DNA from: Candidatus Poribacteria bacterium
GTDB lineage: Bacteria; Poribacteria; WGA-4E; WGA-3G
DNA: 64,000 nt
Direction: 5' to 3'
Assembly (NCBI GenBank): GCA_963665235.2
Contig: CAXXLX010000001.1
Coordinates: forward strand, 1,632,001-1,696,000
The notes below the pieces were generated by a model. The model did not search any database. It was not told the DNA's origin and saw only the letters and a program-made list of their open reading frames with translations. This document shows positions 50,660-60,000 of the stretch, in pieces. Each line of letters begins with the position of its first letter. Position 1 is the stretch's first letter. Made by a program: the position numbers and the translations under genes.

Positions 50660-52591
50660 TTAGAGGGTGTGCCCCGCCCCTGATGAGGGCATATAAAGAT
50701 TCAGCGCAAAACTAATCAAACTCAGAACACTTCGCGGAATGTAATCGCCTAAGACCAATCCGAGGAAAAACGGAATTGCACGCCGATACGTCTGCCATCC
50801 CCAGAAACGGAGAATTAGGAATTTAATGAACCAGCTGACCATCACAGGAAACCAGAAGTAGATGAGCCCACCCCACGATGCACCTGAAAGGACGTAGCCT
50901 GATGGATGGAGCGTCCACCACAACAGACGGGTGCGTAAAAAGTTCAAGAGAAACACGAACGCAAACCCGCCACACATAAAGGTAATCGCACCGATATTTG
51001 GTGACCTTGGATGTTGCAACCAACTCTGAAGTGGGTTAAAGCTCTCCCACCCAAAACGCCCAACAACGCCTTGACATTTGGCTAACACACCGTAATGGTA
51101 TGCAACCTGTAGATAGGTCCAAAACGTAGCGACTGCCCCGACTCCGATAGCAAGTGCCATGGCGATAACTAACGTTTTGCCCGGTATGCGTGCACGTTCC
51201 CCGATGCGCAGCGATTCAATCTGGTTCGGCATCGGATGTGAACGGTTGCAACGGTTAAAAGCGTAGAGGAATGTCATCACGGTGAGGTTCGCTGAGCCGA
51301 GGGTTCGCGTGCCGAACATGCTCACCATCATTTGACGCGGATTAATGCCGATAACTTCGTGGTAAGGCGGGCCCAATTCCGCTCGGACTCGTCCGATTGC
51401 CAGAGCAAACGCGATAAACAACCCGTAAAAAACAGCTATAACCCATAAGGACATGCCCGCAGCATAGCAAAAGACACAGACAAGCCCAACGCTGAGAATT
51501 GTAAGTACCGCCACGGTCCGGTAAGAGAAAGGCTCGTTTATATCGTCCCCTTTTTCGCGGCCGAGAAGATGCCTGAAAAACCGGGCTAAGTGACGGCGAC
51601 CCATCCACACGGTCAAGACAGCAATACCTACCCATGCACCAGCAGCGCGGTCATTGAAATGGAGAACGCTCATGTTAGAGATGCCGAGCATGCTTGCAAT
51701 CACACGTTCCGCCCGGGTGAGCCAGAAGAAAAACCACGTTGAAAATGCCAAGTCAAGCGGCATGAAATAGGTTAACCCCACAATCGCGAGGTTGAAGGAC
51801 ATTGAGGCATAACCGATGGCACTCCACGGTTTTTCTGTAAAATGTCTATCCAATCGATAATTGGCAGGTAAAGCGGGAATTACGGGGAAAAGGTCGTGTA
51901 AACCTGCAAGTATGCGCAGCAGTGCCGCAATTCCAAGCCCAAACCAGAGCGCGCGCGACCGAAAAAAGGAGCGGTTCGTCGTGATTTGGAGCGGCAGCTG
52001 CGTTAGCGGAAAACTCAGTTTTTCACGTTCCATCCACTGTTTTCGCAGTAGCAGCCCTAAACACAGCAACGAACCGTAAAGCACAAAGATAAACCCCGAC
52101 CAGATAAGCGAAGGGATTATCCATATCCGAAGATGCTCCGATGTATAAAGTGTGGATTCCCCTTCATAATACCCAGTCAACCATTCAGAGTCGTGGACTG
52201 TTAACCATTCCGGAATGTGGTGGAGAAAAAGTTGTGCCCACTCGTTTTCGGGGGTTGCGAACCAGAAAGGGTGTGCTAATGTCCCCATCAGAATCGCCAT
52301 CATCGCATGACCAGAGATAGTGGACACCATCGTCACCATGATGTAGAGAAGCAGCAGCTCCGCGGGCTTAAAGGCTACGCTTGGTGAGATTTTTCGAAGC
52401 ACCACGTTAAGCAGCAGCAGCACAACTAACGTGAAAACTGCGTTAGAGAAGGGGGAAACGAGCGTGTACACCGCATACCAGAGTTCACTCGCTATCCCAA
52501 CCCAATACGCGTTCACAACGACCAGGATTAAGCCGACAATTATCGTTTTTTTTGTGATGACCTCGGGAGGTGTCGAGGTGCGTCCATTCAT
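50660..52591 (-). CDS. DUF6785/DUF6784-type polytopic membrane protein (putative transporter)
   Basis: LRKQWMEREKLSFPL, RVRAELGPP, WWTLHPSGY, PFFLGLVLGD. Confidence 0.7.
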   Translation of the reverse strand: MNGRTSTPPEVITKKTIIVGLILVVVNAYWVGIASELWYAVYTLVSPFSNAVFTLVVLLLLNVVLRKISPSVAFKPAELLLLYIMVTMVSTISGHAMMAILMGTLAHPFWFATPENEWAQLFLHHIPEWLTVHDSEWLTGYYEGESTLYTSEHLRIWIIPSLIWSGFIFVLYGSLLCLGLLLRKQWMEREKLSFPLTQLPLQITTNRSFFRSRALWFGLGIAALLRILAGLHDLFPVIPALPANYRLDRHFTEKPWSAIGYASMSFNLAIVGLTYFMPLDLAFSTWFFFWLTRAERVIASMLGISNMSVLHFNDRAAGAWVGIAVLTVWMGRRHLARFFRHLLGREKGDDINEPFSYRTVAVLTILSVGLVCVFCYAAGMSLWVIAVFYGLFIAFALAIGRVRAELGPPYHEVIGINPRQMMVSMFGTRTLGSANLTVMTFLYAFNRCNRSHPMPNQIESLRIGERARIPGKTLVIAMALAIGVGAVATFWTYLQVAYHYGVLAKCQGVVGRFGWESFNPLQSWLQHPRSPNIGAITFMCGGFAFVFLLNFLRTRLLWWTLHPSGYVLSGASWGGLIYFWFPVMVSWFIKFLILRFWGWQTYRRAIPFFLGLVLGDYIPRSVLSLISFALNLYMPSSGAGHTL

Positions 52592-52678
52592 TTTTTCACC
52601 GAGGGCATTTATGGCAATTGGTAAAATTGATAATAGGTGCGGTTTCAAACCGCACCTACTAGGGAATCGGGTAAGTTA

Positions 52679-53124
52679 TACCATTCCTAATTGAAAATGT
52701 CTCTTTGTAGTAGCATAAACTTCCAGTTTGTGCTTTGTAGTAGCATAAACTTCCAGTTTGTGCTTTGTAGTAGCATAAACTTCCAGTTTGTGCTTTGTAG
52801 TAGCATAAACTTCCAGTTTGTGCTTTGTAGTAGCATAAACTTTTAGTTTGTGCTTTGTAGTAGCATAAACTTCCAGTTTGTGCTTTGTAGTAGCATAAAC
52901 TTCCAGTTTGTGCTTTGTAGTAGCATAAACTTCCAGTTTGTGCGTTCTTGTAGCATAAACTTCCAGTTTGTGCGTTCTTGTAGCATAAACTTCCAGTTTG
53001 TGCGTTCTTGTAGCATAAACTTCCAGTTTGTGCTTTGTAGTAGCATAAACTTTTAGTTTGGGTCTTCCGTTCTCCGTTTCATTTCTAACAACCGGTAATG
53101 ATAGAATAATTAATAAAAATGGTA
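52679..53124. mobile_element. MITE family B, copy 2
   Basis: TACCATT...AATGGTA with TTA flanks. Confidence 0.75.
52704..53060. repeat. Tandem array of 12 x 30-bp GTAG-REP-like hairpins
   Basis: Unit TAGCATAAACTTCCAGTTTGTGCTTTGTAG with exact 30-bp period and no spacers. Confidence 0.92.
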
Positions 53125-53141
53125 TTATACCAACTTACAAA

Positions 53142-54676
53142 TTATTCACCAGCAGCTTGAGGCAATTTCACTGGCGGGACAATTTCATCGGTCAAAATCG
53201 GGGGTTTATCATGTTGTGTGAGATATTTTTCGAATTCCCCAGCCTTAATCACACGAATGGCTTCCTGTAATTGTGTGTCGTATTCTAAATTGACAACCTT
53301 TTCAATTCCGACGTTGAGGTTAAAGAGTTGTTCCGCACGTAGTTTGAGCCATCGTTTGCTGACAAGGATTCCATCTTTCGCAAGCATTTCGTTTAGTTCG
53401 GGTAGCTCTGCTTGTAGCAAGGTGAAGTCCTTGGGCGTTTCGCCTGTGCGCTTCATCTCGTCAACAATCCATTTTGTGACGAAGTTTTCGACAGCGTTTC
53501 GCTTTTCGGCTATACCTTGCATTGTCAATTCCAGCTCGTCTGTTTTATGCGGTGCGATAGCAATATGTGGGGTAATTCCTGTCTGTTCAATTGATGTGCC
53601 GTTTGGTGTAAAATAGGTGGAAATGGTAAGCGACATTGCGCCGACTGCCTCTAAAGGATACCGTTTCTGGACAACTCCCTTTCCGTATGTTTTGGCACCG
53701 ATGAGGATACCTCTGTTAGTGTCCTTCACGGCACCTGCGACGATTTCAGACGCGCTCGCGCTGTACTCATTGATAAGGACAACGAGGGGCATCTGTGGGT
53801 CACACAAGGTTTCAGAGGTCGCCTTGTAATCCTCATTGAATCTCGGTTCACGGCCACGGGTTGAAACGATAGTGCCTTCAGAAATAAATGCATCAGCAAC
53901 GTAGAAAGCAGCGCTCAGAATACCTCCCTGGTTATTCCGCAAATCTAAAATAAGAGCTTTCATGCCAGCCGCCCTATGTTTGAGCAGTGCATCGGTAAAA
54001 TCTTTTGAGGTCCCCTCGTTCCGATTTGTCCCCCAAACTCGCGAAGCCGGATATAACCGATTTGGTCTGCCAACATCGTCGATATAACACTCTCAGATTT
54101 GATTGTAGCACGTTTTAGTGTCACTTCAAACGGGTCTCGAAATTCGCGTTGGACCGTAATTGTTACATCTGTCCCCTTTTTTCCCCGGAGGAGGTCTACC
54201 ACATCGTTAATCGTCAGCCCTGTTCTTTCGTTGAGATGAATTTTTTTCCCATTAACTTCGGTGATATAGTCGCCTGCTTGAAGTCCTGCGGCTTGTGCTG
54301 GGGTATTCGGCATCGGTTTAGAAATTTTAATGAATCCCTGATGGTCCTCGTAAATTTTAACACCGAGCCCCCCAAATTCTGCGTCGTAGAGGTTTTCAAC
54401 GGCCCGTCTCTGCTCCCGCGGGGGAACATAATACGTATACGGATCGCCCAGGGAGGCAAGGGCCCCTTTAATAGCCCCTCGGTACATCTCATCGCTATCT
54501 ACGGGTTTATAGTAATGTCTTTCAGCAGTGTAGATAGCTCTTGCTAATGCCTCGTTCAACATTGCGCGGGTTATCCGTTCTTCGTCGCTAATAGCGGTGT
54601 CGTCAACCTGTATCAGTAAAAACGGTACGACGATAGCAATGGCCAAAACGATGACCGATAAAACATATCTTTTCAT
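53142..54676 (-). pseudogene. S41 C-terminal processing protease (CtpA/Prc), frameshifted at about 54030
   Basis: LGDPYT, FGGLG PDZ and IGYIRL in ORF1; ILDLRNNQGG, SASASEIVAGA and GKG in ORF2. One extra G in the G5 run joins them. Confidence 0.8.
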
Positions 54677-55072
54677 TAGTGAAGTCCTTTCTGATATTCA
54701 GCGATTGTTCGTGCTTCTGATTTTAATGTTAAGTCTGTCAATTTTCTTTTACTTTTTTAATATGATACCATGATTGTGATATTCTTGCAAGCAGAATTTT
54801 AGAATCGGGATGCGTAAAGTTTTTGTAACGTGAGCTTGATAATAAATAGCCGTTTGCTCTAACCCTTTTTTCATCGCGAAAAAAGCGGAATAATTGTAGC
54901 ATAAACTTTTAGTTTGTTCAGTTTTTTGTAGCATAAACTTTTAGTTTGTGCGGTTTTTTGTAGCACAAACTTCCTAGTTTGTGCGGTTTTTTGTAGCATA
55001 AACTTCCTAGTTTGTGCGGTTTTTTGTAGCATAAACTTCCTAGTTTGTGCGGTTTTTTGTAGCATAAACTTT

Positions 55073-56313
55073 ATGAAGATTAAGAAATTAATTCGGTAAT
55101 TTCTGTTTTTATGTTATCCTATTGTCCCAGGAGGTATTGTCTTATGTCAAAACGCCATGAACTTGAACTCAGTAAAGATGAACGCCAAAGACTGATTGAA
55201 CTCCGCGATACAGGGGAACCCGCTTATCTTCGGGAACGTGCGGCTGCCCTGCTAAAGATAGCCGCGGGAACTTCTCCACACAAAGTCGCCCTCAAAGGGC
55301 TGCTAAAGAAGCGAGATCCGGACACTGTTTATGCCTGGCTTCGCCGATACCAAGAAGAGGGCATTCAAGGATTGTTTCATAGACCGGGCCGTGGCCGCAA
55401 ACCCGCGTTCGCCCCCAAATCCCCCGAAGAAGCAGAAACCGAGGCGTTGACGGCTATAGGACAAGACCCGGGACAAGTCAAGGCACATCAAACGCGCTGG
55501 ACGCTTCGCACGGTTGGCGAGGTTGTGCCGTGGCTTGCTAATATCTCTGTGCCGGGTATCCATCAAATCTTCTCACGCCTGGGCATCAGCTATAAGCGTG
55601 CTAGACTGTATTTGCAGAGTCCGGATACAGACTATGCCAAGAAAATCGAACGGATACAGCAAGTTTTAGAAGAGACCCATCAAAACCCACAGAACACGGC
55701 TGTGCTTTATCAAGATGAGTTCTCATTTTACCGAAACCCCACTATAGCAAAAGACTGGGCACAGACAGGGACAAAAACGCCATTAGCCCATCAGAGTTAT
55801 CAATCGGATAAAACTATTTATGGTATCGGTGCTATGAACCCCCATACAGGAGACGTTGTTTATCAGCAAGTGCCAAGCTGCACAGTTGTAGCCCTCCATA
55901 CATTTTATACCGAGATTTGCCAACGCTATCCCGACAAGCAACGGATTTATCTTATCCAAGATAATCGGGCGATACATTTTCACGCCAATTTGATGGAGGC
56001 ACTGCTGCCGCAATCGGTCTCCTTTGTGAAACCGACCCCGCCGAATTGGACCGGAAAACTTTCCGAGAAAATCGGTGAACTGACAAAACTCCCGATTGAA
56101 ATAGTGCAGCTGCCGACTTATGCGCCGTGGACAAATCCGATTGAGAAGTTATGGCGATGGGTGCGGCAATCGGTTCTGCATATCCATCGCCTCTGCGATG
56201 AGTGGGAGACCCTCAAAGACAAGGTGCTTGACTTTATGACACAGTTTAGAGGCGGCTCACAAGCATTGCTACGCTATGTCGGATTATTACCGAATTAATA
56301 AATTAATCTTCAT
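55073..56313 (+). mobile_element. IS630-family insertion sequence
   Basis: 28-bp TIRs ATGAAGATTAAnnnATTAATTCGGTAAT with 3 mismatches. Confidence 0.9.
55144..56298 (+). CDS. IS630 transposase
   Basis: HTH region, YQDE, IQDN, LPTYAPWTNPIEKLW; AGGAGG RBS. Confidence 0.93.
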   Translation: MSKRHELELSKDERQRLIELRDTGEPAYLRERAAALLKIAAGTSPHKVALKGLLKKRDPDTVYAWLRRYQEEGIQGLFHRPGRGRKPAFAPKSPEEAETEALTAIGQDPGQVKAHQTRWTLRTVGEVVPWLANISVPGIHQIFSRLGISYKRARLYLQSPDTDYAKKIERIQQVLEETHQNPQNTAVLYQDEFSFYRNPTIAKDWAQTGTKTPLAHQSYQSDKTIYGIGAMNPHTGDVVYQQVPSCTVVALHTFYTEICQRYPDKQRIYLIQDNRAIHFHANLMEALLPQSVSFVKPTPPNWTGKLSEKIGELTKLPIEIVQLPTYAPWTNPIEKLWRWVRQSVLHIHRLCDEWETLKDKVLDFMTQFRGGSQALLRYVGLLPN

Positions 56314-56525
56314 TTAGTTTGTGCGGTTTTTTGTAGCATAAACTTTTAGTTTGTGCGGTTTTTTGTAGCATAAACTTCCTAGTTTGTGCGGTTTTTTGTA
56401 GCATAAACTTCCTAGTTTGTGCGGTTTTTTGTAGCATAAATTTTTAGTTTGTGTCTTCTGTTTTTTGCTAAAACTACCACAAAACGCTCTAGGTCAAAAC
56501 TTTTTTCAAACTCGCGTTTTTGTAC

Positions 56526-56732
56526 CAGGACTTACGCAAATTTAGCAGGAACATTAGTATTCGGGCAAACGGTTTCCCGCTCCTCTGAGCGGGGTCCCCC
56601 CGCCCGCTAGGTCCGCCTCTAAATCGGATAAACTTGTGTGCTCCGTGCCGTTCCGTTATTGTCCCCCGCCCGTTAGGTCCGCCTCTAAATCCCCCTATCA
56701 TAAGGATTTATCAACGCGCTGCGTAAGTCCTA
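56526..56732. mobile_element. MITE family C, copy 3 (internal duplication)
   Basis: Same TIRs as copy 1; flanking repeat TTTGTAC. Confidence 0.82.
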
Positions 56733-56746
56733 TTTGTACTGGGTTC

Positions 56747-56776
56747 ACGTAAATCGAACCAGTTTGAAATAGAAAC
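56747..56776 (+). repeat. Solitary degenerate CRISPR repeat
   Basis: AATCGAACCAGTTTGAAATAGAAAC matches the 3' 25 nt of the array repeat at 24/25. Confidence 0.8.
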
Positions 56777-57050
56777 CCACGAACCTGTTATAGACAACGT
56801 TTGCGCGGAGAGCTGCTGATAAATGCTGCTGTCGACCTCGCTGCGATAAGCAGTTTCCGTGCTTGTCTCACCCCATGAATTCCGTAAAAAAACGGGATAA
56901 TCCCTTGTCACACAAGGATCCGTCAACCTCCTAGGAAATTTGCGTTACCGGCGGTCGACAAAAATTTGCCCTCTAAACGAAAAAAAATAAAAATAAATTT
57001 GACAAACAGTATAAGGATGTAGTATAATATTAATGCTGATTAAGCGAAGC
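56777..57050 (+). promoter_or_regulatory. CRISPR leader
   Basis: GTCAACC..GGTCGAC inverted motif, A-tract, TTGACA (56999) and TATAAT (57025) before repeat 1. Confidence 0.75.
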
Positions 57051-60000
57051 CTTTTAATCGAACCAGTTTGGAATAGAAATTTCATTATTTAACAGAATCG
57101 CACGACTTGTATCATCCTTTTAATCGAACCAGTTTGGAATAGAAATCTTCTGAATTAACTTTGAAATGAGAGAAGAAATTAATACTTTTAATCGAACCAG
57201 TTTGGAATAGAAATGTGTGAAACCTGTTTTGGTGGCAACCGTGTCAGCATTCTTTTAATCGAACCAGTTTGGAATAGAAATTTTGTGGTGATACCGAGAT
57301 AACCCAGTCCAGACACTTCTTTTAATCGAACCAGTTTGGAATAGAAATTTAAAACCAACTCGCCCGCGCCGCTTTCGTCAAATTGACTTTTAATCGAACC
57401 AGTTTGGAATAGAAATTCGCGTAGTTTTGCAACCACGCTATCCCCCACTTCCTTTTAATCGAACCAGTTTGGAATAGAAATTTTGACACACCGACAAGCA
57501 CTCCAAACCCTCATTCGCCTTTTAATCGAACCAGTTTGGAATAGAAACAACACTGATGGCGATGTCTTTGCAAGAGTTTTTACAACTTTTAATCGAACCA
57601 GTTTGGAATAGAAACTACGTAATATCTAATCTTGAATCCATGTGGCACGTTCAACTTTTAATCGAACCAGTTTGGAATAGAAACAATCTCTGGATAGCGG
57701 GGCAGGTGGTAGTTCCCTGACTTTTAATCGAACCAGTTTGGAATAGAAACGGTCTATTTTAGTAAGATTGGAAAGGAAGGGGAACAACCTTTTAATCGAA
57801 CCAGTTTGGAATAGAAACTTCTGGACTACTGCCCAATGGGAGAACACGGACACGCTTTTAATCGAACCAGTTTGGAATAGAAACTGGCCGGTATCGTTTC
57901 CGCAGGGGCCAGTATGGCAACTTTTAATCGAACCAGTTTGGAATAGAAACCTTTTATGTTTCCTGTGCCAGACCGCTCTGTGATTGCTTTTAATCGAACC
58001 AGTTTGGAATAGAAACTTGGACGGTATTTTAGGGGGATCTGCTTCGGTGGCCCTTTTAATCGAACCAGTTTGGAATAGAAACGCGGAAAACGTGGGGGGC
58101 ATCGGCGTAAATCATGTAGTCTTTTAATCGAACCAGTTTGGAATAGAAACAGGCGGCCCGGCATCGGTGCTGGGACCGCCCACAAACTTTTAATCGAACC
58201 AGTTTGGAATAGAAACGCTGCTGAATCTCTCCAACCGCCTTATCCTCCCACCTTTTAATCGAACCAGTTTGGAATAGAAACTGATTTCAGTATTGATAGG
58301 AATTCGTAAAGGCATTTTACTTTTAATCGAACCAGTTTGGAATAGAAACACAGCGGTTCAATATAACGTCGTTGTTGGGAATGACTTTTAATCGAACCAG
58401 TTTGGAATAGAAACGCTTCGGACAAAGTCAATAAAGCCCCGCTATCCGTTCTTTTAATCGAACCAGTTTGGAATAGAAACGATACGTTGTCTCTTGTTGG
58501 CGGTGGAACTATTAGCAACTTTTAATCGAACCAGTTTGGAATAGAAACATAAAATCTTTGTTCTTACCGGTAAAGACACACCTCTTTTAATCGAACCAGT
58601 TTGGAATAGAAACAGCGGAGTACTGCCTCCGCCTCTGGTCGAATATCGACCTTTTAATCGAACCAGTTTGGAATAGAAACAAGTTTTTTTAAACCTTTTT
58701 CTGTTATTAGCGTCTAACTTTTAATCGAACCAGTTTGGAATAGAAACGTTTCGATAGTCTTCAAGTGCTTCTTCATCGCATTTCTCTTTTAATCGAACCA
58801 GTTTGGAATAGAAACGCTCCATTTCCATGAGCTCACACAAGTCTATCATGCCGCTTTTAATCGAACCAGTTTGGAATAGAAACTATAAGGAGAAACGACA
58901 TGAAAGATTATCAAGTTCTCTCTTTTAATCGAACCAGTTTGGAATAGAAACTCTGTAAAAGTACCTACCAACGTTGCAGGATCCGCACTTTTAATCGAAC
59001 CAGTTTGGAATAGAAACGGATGTTCCATCGGTGCCATATTTGACGATGCGGGCACTTTTAATCGAACCAGTTTGGAATAGAAACGTTACCTCCGAGTTCG
59101 GACTTTTGACTGTCCATTTAGCTTTTAATCGAACCAGTTTGGAATAGAAACCTTGAATCTCCGACACAATAGAGGCGTGTGGAGAAGACTTTTAATCGAA
59201 CCAGTTTGGAATAGAAACGAAGGAATCCCGGTTGGTTCGATTTGGAGAGAATTGACTTTTAATCGAACCAGTTTGGAATAGAAACCGCTCATAGGAAAGT
59301 CGCATTACGTGCTGTCGTTTACTTTTAATCGAACCAGTTTGGAATAGAAACGTAAAAGGATGCTAGCATGGCAGAAAAGTCATTAGCTGCTTTTAATCGA
59401 ACCAGTTTGGAATAGAAACTTTCGAAAACATGTCCGGCTGTCACGACAAAATTTTGCTTTTAATCGAACCAGTTTGGAATAGAAACGCCGAAAACGATTG
59501 TCGCTGCACCCGTCGTTATTTCTTCCTTTTAATCGAACCAGTTTGGAATAGAAACCTTGTGTTTCGTTGTCGTTTTTAGACTTGAGCTCGTCCTTTTAAT
59601 CGAACCAGTTTGGAATAGAAACATGAGATTGTTGCACAATCTCAAACGGTCGAGGAGCTCGCTTTTAATCGAACCAGTTTGGAATAGAAACTCGGTTCCA
59701 ACAGTGGCTTTGATACCCGCCTTTATCTCCTTTTAATCGAACCAGTTTGGAATAGAAACGGTACTGATAATCTTCAAGTGCTTCTTCATCGCACTTCCTT
59801 TTAATCGAACCAGTTTGGAATAGAAACAGTATATTTCCATTAGCATCGATGAGAGTATATCTCCTTTTAATCGAACCAGTTTGGAATAGAAACGATTTTG
59901 AGATACGGGTGTGTGTCAATTCGCATCTCACTTTTAATCGAACCAGTTTGGAATAGAAACTCAGACATAACCGAATACGATTGGCAATTCAATAGTCCTT

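Larger units (their letters stand above)
54828..56517. mobile_element. MITE family A, copy 4, holding about 10 tandem 32-33-bp hairpin units interrupted by IS630
   Basis: Ends match copy 2; flanking repeat TTTTGTA. Confidence 0.8.

Noticed and set aside
52704-53060. 30-bp tandem array as a second CRISPR; it shares CCAGTTTG and its length with the CRISPR repeat
   Set aside because: No unique spacers, lies inside a MITE, and an 8-bp match is too short to imply homology
50175-55065. Short repetitive ORFs (LLQSTNWKFM, LQKTAQTRKF, YATTKHKLEV)
   Set aside because: These are translations of non-coding hairpin arrays
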